Assembly: GCA_965637545.1 (NCBI GenBank)
Contig: OZ281498.1
Coordinates: 27,652,001 to 27,716,000 of the forward strand
Source of the DNA: Phallusia mammillata
Lineage: Eukaryota
Direction: 5' to 3'
Length of the DNA: 64,000 nucleotides
Part shown: positions 33,901-45,005 of the stretch, piece after piece
How the letters are laid out: every line of letters begins with the position of its first letter
Numbering within the stretch: position 1 is the stretch's first letter
Translations under genes and position numbers: made by a program
Notes under the pieces: generated by a model
The model's database searches: none
What the model saw: only the letters and a program-made list of their open reading frames with translations
Told to the model about the DNA's origin: nothing

Positions 33901-36900
33901 CTCTGTTTTCCTCTTGGGTAGGTTCAGTGGGTTGAAATGTCATTTCTTCATTGCCAATCATGGGTGCATCAGTATTTAGGGGAAATTCTGAGGCATCTCT
34001 GTCAATACTACTTTCTTTAGCATTGTTTTGCAAATTTGGCACCGGCTCACTGGTAGGGAGATTCACTGGGTCCAACAGGTCTTCAAATTCCAGTGTGTTT
34101 GCAGATATTGTATGTTGTTCATCATAGACTTGCTCTTCCTTGTATGTCTCTGTTTTTGCGGTGATCTCAGTTGATACAGCAGTAACCATTTCTTCCAGAT
34201 GTTTTTCCTCATCATGTGTAACAAGGTCATCTTCGTTCATAGACACTTGGCAGTTTTTAGCTATCTCTGCATCTTCAACATTTTCTTGCTCTTGTACACT
34301 GGTATCCAAAGGTGTTAACACCTCCTCTTTGAAAATGTCATGATGTTCCACATTTTGTGCCGATCCAATACCAAGAACTTCAAATGATTTGCTGTCAAGA
34401 TTAGTATCAATGTCAGGTGAAGAATCCATGTTATTTGTATCATCGATGTTGTTGGGTTTAACATGCACTGGAACTGTAATATATTTTTCTGTTGTTTCTC
34501 CCTCGCCAAAAGACAACAAATTGTTATTATATTGGGAAATGACTTCTTGATTGTGTGTGACATCTGGTGTTTCAGTATCAATGTCATGTTGACCTTGAAG
34601 CATTGGAGTAGGACCTGTTTGGGACTGAGTTGCTGTTTCATCGTCAAACATATTACTAGGCCCTTTGTCTGGAGTTATTGAAGAAACGTTACTGGTTTCA
34701 TCTGTTGTTTGTATTTCGGGCAACATATTGACATCATTTTCTGCATTTGTTACTGGAATAAAATGTTCAAACAACTTGTCACATGGCTTGATTTCACCTG
34801 GCTCTAGCAACTCTACATTCTGACTTTCCTCATGTGAATGGTCAATGGTAGTTGTTCCAACGCTATCTTCTGTCACAGCAAAATCAACATTACGGCTCGG
34901 CTCAAGTGTATGGACATCACCGCTACTTGGTTGGTCACCTTTCTTCACCAAAGAAGTCTCACCATCACCATCGCTTTCCTCATTGGCATGAACAATAGTA
35001 GTTTTTCCAATGCTATTTTCCATCCCGACTAAATCACCATCACTGCTTTCATGAATGGCATCTTGTATTGAATCTCCTTCTAAGTTTTCATTCCGTTCTA
35101 TTGTATTAATTGTCCAATCCGTTAAATCATTATCGGTAACTTCAGCTTTAAGATCTGTCACATTCAATGGTTTTGGTGTCTCCAACATATCTTTATCATT
35201 TTCTGTTGGCACTGAACCTTTATCTTGAATCAAATTTTCTCCAGAACTTACAATAGTGGCTTCATTGAAGAAACCATCATTTTCTTTCTCATCTGTAGTA
35301 CTGGTTGTTTGATCTTCTGAATTTTGTGTCTGGGATGTATAGACATCAATTAGGTCAGTATCAGCGATTTTCGATTCTCCAGATAATATCAGTTGTTCAT
35401 TAGTGGTGCTTGGTTCAGTATATGTGTCTTTCCAGTCCTCATAGTCGCTAGTTTGATCAAGAATGCACCAGGAACCCTCTGTGGTTGTTGGGCTTTCATC
35501 CAAATCCTTTTCTAATTGTGATTTTCCGTCTTCAGGAAAATCTGATTCTAGTGGTTCCTGCAAACTTGAAACACTGTGTGAAGTTGGGTTTGTTGAGAGC
35601 AATGTCTCAATCTCAGCATTACCGGGAGCCTCTGGTGGAGCCAAACATGTGTCTAGTGATTCCTCTATGCCACTGGAATCGAAACCAGCAGATCTTTCTC
35701 CCCATAAGTGGTTATATTGAGTGGCCAGATCATCATCATCATCATCCAGTTCACTATCCATTAGATCTTTCATATTTTCTTCAACCAAATCTTTAATTTC
35801 TTCAAAACTTTTTTCACTTAATCCATCTGACTCCTGATCCTCGTCATTTTCTTCCGGCTCCGACTCCTCCTCAATGACAGGCAGCGTGTTGATTGGCTGC
35901 CCACTTTGCTGGAATTCCTCCCAATCGGAATCAAATGAAACCAACGTCCCAGAGCCCACAACTGATCGCAGATTATTTAAGTTGGTCTGACCAGCAAAAA
36001 GAGATTCCTCAACAAACACCTCATTATTCATTTGCTGTAAGTCATTGTTCAGAGCATTTTCTACTTTCGCTGAGTCATTATCTTCAAGCATGTCATCAGG
36101 CTCCATAAAAACTGTGCTGGGAACAATGTTACTCTGTACATTCACCGGTTCATGTCGCAGGTATGCAGCGTTCAAATCGATTTTTCTCTTTTCGCGAAGT
36201 GGAGCAACAGGTGTGCTTTCGAATGGATTGTCATCGAATTCGAGAGATATCTGACTGATGTTATCTCCAAGTTGCATTTCACCACAATCAGAATCATCCA
36301 AATCAGACACGTTTATCTGATCCGAACCAAACAAACTTCCCTCTTCTGAAGATGATGGCAATCGTTCTTCATCCTCATGAAGTTCAACAGGAGCAGTTTC
36401 CACTTTATTTATGAAGCTGTTCTTCTTATCAGTTTCTGCTTTTGCGACGGCATCGTTGGTTTTAATTATTAGACTATCATCTGTTACATTTGACTCCTCT
36501 GTATTTTGTTGAACAAAACTTCCATTTTCATTTGGTGATTCACTTTTTTCTTCAAGCAGATTTTGCAAACTACTTTTGTTAACAAAAGTTTGATCCGAAT
36601 TCCCTTGCGATCCAGATTCACTTATTCCTTTTAGGTTCATGTTTGTGTCTTGGGTATCAATTAAGACAGATTGATTTTCTGTGTCAAAGCCAAGAGGTAT
36701 TTCAAGGACATTTGTGTCATTCAGAAGGCCAGGATTTATTTGAATATTGAGGCCAATCTGTTCACAGTCCCCAGTCACACTGGCCACATTAAACTCTTCT
36801 TCAATTTCTGCTACGTTTATAGCAATTTTCTTTTTTCCTCTTGGTGGAGCCATTGGCATGTTTTCTGACAGATTCTCAACCAGTTTTGTCGCTTCTTGAT

Positions 36901-39900
36901 TTTCGATGCTGAACATTGCCGTTGCTTCCAAATCATAGTTAATATCAGTTACATGTTTTAGATTGGTGCTGCAAATGCTTGATGATATCTCCTCCTCATC
37001 ATGATTGGGTGTAACATCTAGCAGCATATTTCCTTGTTCCTTGTCTTCCTTTTCCGTGGTGTCCACTTTGGTTTGCTCAATACTTTCAAATTCCAAATCC
37101 TTTAATGTTGCATCTGGCTGCAATTCCTCTGTGGTGAGTGTGTCAGGATGCACGTTGAAATTGTCAAGTGGGAATTGTTCTGCTGAAGATGAAGTTTCTG
37201 TCAGTTCTAAAGTTGGGAAATCAGGTTTCGTCGACATTACAAGGTCAACAAGTTCATTATTCTGTGGAGGATCCATAGGTTTTGTAAATAAGTCTGCTTC
37301 ACCATTCTGATCAACCCCTTCATCGACGACTTTATTGACATCTAATAACTCTTCCTCAAATTTCTCTTTTTTAACAGACTTCTTTTTTCCTCTAGGTGGC
37401 GGTGCAGGATTCCCTTCATCAAGATGTGTGTGCAGTTGTAAAGTTTCAGGTGCAGCAGGACTACTTTTTTCTTCCTCAATGCCTGGGATCAGCACATCTA
37501 CTACATTGGTATTTGTTTGAGGGACTTGATCTTCAGTCCACTTAGTAGTGCTGTAGGGTTGTAGCTCATTTTCAAGGTGACCTTCAGTTAACTCATCCTC
37601 CTGGACAACAGTGTTGTCAGGAATATCAGGCGAAATAAGCAGATTTGCATTAGAATCTGGTTCCTTTGTAGTCATAACAACAGCACTATTATCCTCTATT
37701 TCATTCGGGAAACCAAGCTGTTGACTTGTTGAAAGTTCTAAAGTAGTGAATAGGTTTTGGTCAAAAGACATGTCAACAACCAAAGTAGAATCTGCTGGAG
37801 TTTCAGGCACAGATGTTGATGAACTAATTTCATTGCTACCCCTTGAACTTGTAGTCATTGGTGCAGTTCCAAATGTGTTGTTGTCATGTTCAAGAGAATC
37901 TTGACTTACGTTGTCACCATTTTGCATTTCATCAAATCCGGTGTTCGCCACTTCCAGTTCATTGCCAGGGATTTCTGAATCCACAAGATTCTCACCAGTG
38001 TTTTCTTCTAAAGAAAAAGGGTTCGTTGGCGTATGTGTCTGGAACAAATCTAAATTATAGCTATCTTGTTGTTTCCCAATGTCCATCTCCTGTTTTGAGT
38101 TGGGTTCTGAAGCTTTGTTTTCCACAGAAAGAAGAGAAAATGTCTGAATATCTGCCTGATCATCTGGTGAGGATTGCAACAAATCAATTTCGGTGAGTGT
38201 TTGGACACCATTATTCAGCACATTTGTTTCATTGTCAGGTAACTGTTGAAACATGTCAAGTTCATTTACTGTTTCTGGGTGGGCAATTTCAGTTAACTCA
38301 TCAGAGGGTTTGTTGTCTTGGGCAATTGGTTGTCTCTTCTTTTTTCCTCTTGGAGGAGGAGCAGGATTCATAACTTCAACATCTGGATGCTTCCTTTCAT
38401 CACTGATACCACTTGTGGAGAATATCGACTGATTTTCTAGCAGTTCTTTGATATTAAGCGTCTCATGAAAAATACCCTGACCAGACTTATCACTTGTGGA
38501 CGCTGACTGATTTGTATCCAGATGGCCAATACTCATCTCATGAGATATATCACTTGGTAATTGTTGTGAATCAATTGGCCCTAAATGTAGTGAAGCATCG
38601 CAAAACACAGGTGATGTTCTTTCTTCACTTGTGGACACAAGAGGTGTCGGCTGACTATCAGGCATTGTACTGCTAAATGGGTGTTCCACTTGATCAATGA
38701 GGTCTGTATCAAATTTCTGACTTGGTGCTAAATCTGAATCAGCTTCAAAAAAGTTTAGGCTTTGTTCACCAACATCAGGAATTAGTGTTGGTGCAGCAAC
38801 TTGTTTTGCTGCGTCTGTTGTTTCCCCAATTTCACCCAAAAGGGATAGATTTGCTGGAAGCTGCAAACTATATTCATCCATGTTTAGTTCTTCATGTAAA
38901 TGATTTGTTTGAAGATTCTGTTCGGAGTTTAATGGGGCCGATGCAGTTTCCACTTGGAGTAGTGATGACCACTGGGTGTCACCATGCGCAGGTTCACTGC
39001 CACTACTGGTTTCCGCAACAACACTTTCCTGCAAGTCACCATTTTCAAGTGGAGTGATACCTGAACTGCTTAATACATTGACTGGTTCTCCTAGTTCAGG
39101 TTGGAACAGGTTTTCACTCTTTGACATTGTGGCATCAAGTGGTAAAGAGCTTTCTATAGCTTCTGGCAATGAATCATTTGCAATTGAATTTTCCACTGAT
39201 GTTGTAATATCAACCTCTGTTTCCATTTGGTCATTATCCGGCAAATTAGTATCAATGTCTGCAGTGATCGGCGTATCCTGTTTCAAGTCGCTATTGATTT
39301 GTTCCTGTTCTGGTGGATCCACTGTTAGTTGACTTTCTAATGGTTGGACCACAGTATCAACTTCAGTACATTGATTGCTTGGTTCCATTTGCAATGCACT
39401 TGTTTCTGCATCAGAAGCAACACCTTCAGTAAAATGCATATCCTCATTTTTTATCATGTTTACACCGTCATCATCTGTTGTTGGAATACTTATATTATCC
39501 TCTTTTGCTTTGGTGACAACATCTTCTGCAAGTTCATTTAGGTCTGCATTACCTCCACAATCTTCAGTATTTGCTTCACTTGCATCAAGTTGGGCATCTC
39601 CATCTGGAAGCAAACTTTGACCCCTCAGAGTTTCACTGATTTGTTGATTATCTGGATTTGCTTGTGCTAGCTGCAAGGTGTTTTCATGTTCATGTGGTTC
39701 TTCTTCTATACCATCGCTTTCATTCTTAGCTGGGACATGTTCATGTAAGACCTGAGAGCTGTTAATGTCTTCTTCAAATGTCGGGTTTTGATGTTCTTGT
39801 TTCGAATCTGAAACTTCATTATTTCCATCAGAATCAGACGAACATAATGATTTCACACAGTTTCCCATTTCCACCTCACTTTCTGGTTTTCCCTCCTTTG

Positions 39901-41377
39901 CCTGGTCATCTGACATATTTGTCCAGGACATGTTGTCTTCCATCTCTGATTTGTTTACCTCACCAACAATGTAAACATCATCTACAGATAGCAGTCCATT
40001 GTTTACTTGATTCAAGTCAGGCTCAAACATTCCTTCCTGTCCATCAAATGGAGAATCATTGCTTTCAGTTTGACTCATAACTGGAAATAAATTACTTTTT
40101 GAAGTTTCCGAGCTCTCTACATTATCCACATTGCTCAACAGGTGACCTTTAGTTGACACTGTAACAATAGAATCAGATTCTATTATTGATTCAGGTTTAT
40201 TGACATCACAAAGAGTGGTGATGTCATCATTTCGTTGGGACTCAGCTGGGTGAATATTAACTCTTTCGTCAACAAAACCGATTTCATCCGATGCTCTGGA
40301 CAGTTTACCACCTTCCAATGGACCTGCACTGATTGCGTCGGTTAAATTTATAGAGTTCAATCCATCCTGGCTGTCTTTAGAACTCTCTAATGCCTCACTT
40401 CCATCCATAAGTGATAGAAAATCCAAATTATTGCCACTATGGCCTGTGGTTAAATTGTCGGTCTCTTGATCAACAGTTTTTTGCACTTCTCTGGTTTCAG
40501 TTTTTTCTTGTTCGGAACCAAATATGTCCATGAAATTATCACCACTGATTAAGTTTGTTTTGTTGGTGGTAAATCCATTTTCAGCATCTATTGAATTTGT
40601 GCCACTTTGTGCTGGTTCTTTATGTTCTGCAATTAATTGAAAATCAACTTGGTTTGTGGGTGACATCGGAAAAGCAGAAGTCAACGCAAAATCTAGTCCT
40701 AAGTTATTATCAGGTTTCATGTTATCATCCATGTTTGGCACAGATGTTGAGTCAGCAGTTTTGTTGTTGGCCTGGTTATCTAACATCAACCAATCAAAAT
40801 TAGAAGCAGGCTCAGCATGTGATGGGTTGTGTAAGTTTTCTGTAGTTTCGGCAACATTTTGGGTTGCAAAGAAATCCACTAAATTACTTGTTTCAGATTG
40901 TTGTGCTGCTGTATCAGCTAGTGAAGGCACAATTCCAAATACTGGCTCATTCCGTTCCACAGCTTGCACTTTGGTTGTTGGTGGGTTGTCAAATAAACCT
41001 AGTAAATCTAAAGGCTGATTCTGGGTCTCGTTAACTGGAAAAGCAGCAGAGTTTTCACCTTGAACTTGTGAGGTTGAGGTGATGTCTAACAAACTAAATG
41101 CATCAAATTCTTGCCCTGTACTTGTCGCTCCACTTTCTTGATCATTCCCTAATGATAACAAATCATAATAGTTTTCATTTTGTTGCACAGATTGTCCGCT
41201 AGAATTGAAATCAGTTGTATCCAAAGTGCTGAATATATCCAATACTTCATCCGAGTTTGTTACAATTGCCTCATTTCCCAATTGAACTGGTGTTTGTGTA
41301 GACAAAGTAATCTCGCTTAAAGCTGAAGTGTCATCAGAAGCACCATTGACATCACAATGACCGTAGGGTGATGTCAT
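27952..41377 (-). CDS. Giant acidic low-complexity protein with C-terminal BNIP2-N plus BCH (CRAL-TRIO-like) domain; BMCC1/PRUNE2-C-terminus/caytaxin-like
   Basis: 8.58-kb exon 32799-41378, then small exons encoding WENVVIGNEDYRIDGRAIQNYKRVISHG|GFYKEKQAIVEIFGRYLPDSSVPNYIWVMDNLFL|YLVSTLELLVQHQDYVVVFFNG...SWLKK...LRKNLKGFYVVQSSFYFKTL...|RKVFKKTKNVKNHTELKQFIPTDFLFIPQDI, ending QVNKKWWWSR*; matches the BNIP2/ATCAY/PRUNE2 BCH consensus; splice phases consistent. Confidence 0.88.
28076..28199 (-). mobile_element. hAT MITE family A copy (shortened)
   Basis: cagtagtggaattca ... tgaatcccaccactg; degenerate TSD catagttt / catggttc. Confidence 0.75.
28807..28902. repeat. 48-bp tandem duplication spanning an exon 3' end and splice donor of the BCH gene
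   Basis: ttacctggctata(c/t)cttgtgggataaa(a/g)aggaaatctgtgggaatgaa x2. Confidence 0.9.
29087..29167 (+). mobile_element. Penelope-like remnant (5'-truncated)
   Basis: ggacatcgaaacgtcggaataaaaatacatttgcccgaagagctctataaacttgacattatgcctggcagcaatagcttat; same family as 5728-5905. Confidence 0.6.
30122..30957. mobile_element. Non-autonomous DNA element with internal tandem repeats of about 120 bp and a terminal hairpin (Helentron/HINE-like)
   Basis: Inverted atgggtcccc / ggggacccat; 3-4 copies of ggggtaaatattggggctaca...aaatttcatccaaatc; terminal hairpin tatgtgtccccttc-aggg-aaggggacccata. Confidence 0.55.
32577..32755 (+). mobile_element. hAT MITE family A copy
   Basis: Family A TIRs; perfect 8-bp TSD gacaagac. 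Confidence 0.9.
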
Positions 41378-41664
41378 ACTTTAATTGTGTGCTCATAAAA
41401 ATCTTTATTTGTAGAACTCCATATTTTCCAAAAGCAGTTTTCAATTTACAACTAAACAGTTACTTTATTTCATTATTACCTAACTTTAGCGAGTGTGACA
41501 TCACTACCACTGCTGCAAAACAAAACAGTTTATTTGTGCATGAAGCGCAACAAGCACATTTAGGTGACAACTTGCAGTGAAAATCATTTTGTCGTGAATT
41601 GCACTTTCAGGTGATGTTAAATATTAACCAGCATTGATCAAACAAACAGAGGTGTCGGGTGTTT

Positions 41665-44310
41665 TCAATGATATGTTTGCCACACTCGTTGAACCACTGG
41701 TAAGACTTGCTTCCGTGATGCCTTGCAGTTGTACATTCTAATAAACAAAACAGTTAGATACACACACATGTATATGTTAATAGGTGTATAGTTACTTTAC
41801 TGCAATAACTACACATATATTTACATGCAGTAGTGTATTATAGTAGTTTTTTTCTAAATCAGATCAAATATACCTATAACCTTTCAAATTAATCCTATGT
41901 TTTAAAGCACAACTCAATATAGCGGATAACTCATAAAATATTTACCTTAAAAACACAAAATCCTCTCTGGTAAAAGGCAATTCATCTGCCGACACCACAG
42001 TCACTTCCAACAATTCAGACGCACAGAGTTTTGAAGTAATCTGCATTTGAACAATGGGTTATTTCCAGCACGTCTGTAATTACGTGATTATCTGCAATCC
42101 CTAATTACAGGATTACCTCATCCCTTAATCTTGTATCTGTTGTGTGAATAGTAATTGGCTTGTATGGTTTGTTTGTTCGGTCTCTTGTCGTAGGTAACAG
42201 TGAAATCCATGCTGTGTAATTGTTGGCTTTGCAGAATTCTGAAATTGTTTCCGCGACATTGTCACGTTGGAAAAAAGTGTCGCTTGTTTGGTGAATTGTG
42301 CTAAATAACGACTTGTGTGAATCTTTTTCGAGGTATTTTGGATCCTAAACAGAATATCAAAGTTAATACAGTAATGTTTAAATAAACACAGTGTTATACG
42401 CATGCACCATTTGGGCTTTTTGAAAGGGTATTTTTGTGCCACTTTGGAAGGTAAACCTTACAGTATTTTGCCGAAACCATTCATTTCAACCTTAAACAAA
42501 ATCTCGTTTTTGAAGTGTTTATGTCCAAGAAAATTTTAGCATTAGGAAATTATTTAGGTACACATGACACAAACTTGAAAAGCACATGAAAAGAATTGCC
42601 AGTGATAAAGAATAAACTGTATTTTTTCACTGTTGATGACAATTATTTTGTCAAAGCGTCTGTGTTATAAAATGTCTACATCATCGGCAGTTTTGTTTTT
42701 AGGAAATTATTTGCCCAGAAAGCAACTACATTTTTAATTTATGTGTTGTGTAACTGGTCTGTTAGGTAAGTGGTAATAACACAACTTGTTTTACCTTCAG
42801 CATAATGTCTGTTGTTGTTAGTCCTTCCACATCAAACTTTGCGTTGTTTAGTTGATTATAATATTCAGTAACCTCATCTGCATTTTTCCCAGCTTTCAGT
42901 TTTTCAAAAACCTCAACATCTTCTGGTGTTGTTTTCCCAACGCTTGGATCAAAGTTGCATGTGTCAATTAAAATTGAACCTGAAACGAAGTTCAATAAAG
43001 TTGTAGACGAACAAGAGCACATTAGTTTAAAATAAGAGCATGTAAACATTTAAAGTAATCAATTTTTTCATGCGCGATTACAAAACAAATACATCCCTAA
43101 TATTTGAGCTATAAGTTATATATGTAACAGAATTTAAAGTGTGTACAAACATGTATTCGTAAAAAAGAATGCACATTGCATATTTAACCCAAACATGAAA
43201 ACTGTTGATGTTGTGAAGATGGTATATTTTTGTGGCCAATGCTAAACTTTACAGAGGCACAAGTTTTACTAACTTAAAAGCATCAATTTGATTTCATCTG
43301 GTATCATTGCAGATTCCACATTTTTCACTGTTTCCATGGCAATCAGCGTGGAGCAGGATCCGATGGTTTTAATGTTTTGTGAAATATTGGGTCGGATTTC
43401 GGTGACCACTGGATGGTGATCAACAATTTCAACAACATGAGGTTCAAGAAAAGAGAGTTTCCTGGAACAACACCAACAGTTTAACTTTAATATTAACACT
43501 TGTTGACTATATAGTCAAAGAGTTGAAACCATTGGGAGTTTGAGGTGTAGAAGGAATCATTAATTTAACCAACTCCAACTCCTGAAATCCATCCAGGATG
43601 ATACCCACCTTGGCAAACTGTTGTGATCAACTAACGTCACTTTGAAGTTTTGTTTGAAACTTGTCAAAAATTCCCAATCAACTTCATTTTGGAATAATAA
43701 ACTATCAACGTTAATTCCAATTTTTGCAACCATAAAACTAATTTCTGTGCGGAGTTTTAGATCCTTTCGGCAAATGTTCATCACAGGAATGTAAACAGAT
43801 GATTCTTTACCAACCTAGGTGATAAAGTTTTTTAGTTTTTTTTTTCATGAACTTCTTATCATTGAGAAACACGTTGATTAATACAAATTGGTACATTTGA
43901 TTATTTCACTGTTTTTATGTTATCGTATTTATCCTATTGTGACCTAGTTGTAAGTTTTTTTATTCTACCATTTGTGTGTCTTACAATCAAATATGGCTTA
44001 CAGTAAAGTAAACATGGTTTCAATTTAATGGTACACTCCTGTATGTTTGTTACATTGCCAATAAAATCACAAACCTCACTCACTTTGTATTTAAACCATG
44101 CGAGGGTCAGAGCGCTTACAAATGAATCAAGATCGCACGATTCATTTCCAATCACTAAGTGGACGGATTCTTTCTTCATTCCTGCATTCTGAAATGGAAT
44201 AAAAAAGGTTTGAATGGGGACAAAGAAACACTTTATCCCGAAACTTGTCTACTTACCTTCAGGGCTCTGTAAGAATCATTCGTTTTCGATAAATATTGGT
44301 TTACTTCCAT
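41665..44310 (-). CDS. PRUNE1: Prune homolog, DHH/DHHA2 exopolyphosphatase; 8 exons
   Basis: MEVNQYLSK...|HLVIGNESCDLDSFVSALTLAWF|IPVMNICRKDLKLRTE...VTLVDHNSLP|VVEIVDHHP...IGSCSTLIA|SILIDTCNFD...TTPED...AKFDVEGLTTTDIMLK|DPK...|...FVFLR|MYNCKASRKQVLPVVQRVWQTYH*; metal-binding motifs retained. Confidence 0.88.
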
Positions 44311-45005
44311 TCTAAATTTCTGCTGGCATAAACGAAATAAAGTTGCAATGCGCATTGTTTTGCAAGTTGCAGTAAAAAGTATGATACATTTTTATCTTCT
44401 TAAAACAGATATAAGAAACTCTTTACATAAAATACATTTCCAGCTTCATGTATGCACAAGTTTAAAATCTTTTCATAACATGTTAACTTATCAGCTCTCA
44501 AAGTTACCATATTTAGTTCTCTATCAAACAAGGCAATAAAGGTCCTTCATTAGTGGACCAACATTACTAAGTTGCACAAACAAACAAGTTAAAGCGTTAC
44601 AGAACACATTGCAAAACACAACTGCCTGCTGTGTTTATTTATTGACCGAATCAAACATAAACAACCACATGTGATTACAACGCCCCTGCCACGCCAGCTT
44701 CAACCGTCGCGCGCAAATTAATTCCACTCTTCGTCACAAAACTGCTGTTATAATGGAGGTTTTTTATTGTTGGTCGAAAAATTTACGCTAACAATAAAAT
44801 TGCATCTTGCTTAAATATTTTACAAATACTATTATTTTTCGGAATATTTTTATATGTCAGCTTCACGCATGAATGATTTTGTTCCAACACGGCGACCACG
44901 TCATCGAATCATTGAACCGTGAAGTTACACGAAAGTTGGAAACGTTGAAGAAAACTTTTGAGTTTTTTTGGAAATTTGTTTTAAAGTGTAAGAACGGTAA
45001 TAAAT
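44311..45005. promoter_or_regulatory. Bidirectional promoter between PRUNE and SSR3 with a UPRE-like TGACGTGG (44896-44903, minus strand)
   Basis: Head-to-head ATGs about 695 bp apart; ccacgtca motif about 100 bp upstream of the SSR3 ATG. Confidence 0.55.

Noticed and set aside
32957-41018. Plus-strand ORFs of 60-160 aa within the giant exon
   Set aside because: Antisense shadows of the long minus-strand ORF, with no independent coding features
41640-41667. Selenocysteine or readthrough at the PRUNE TGA to reach the giant exon
   Set aside because: Another in-frame TGA follows 8 codons later, and a TAA precedes the giant-exon ATG
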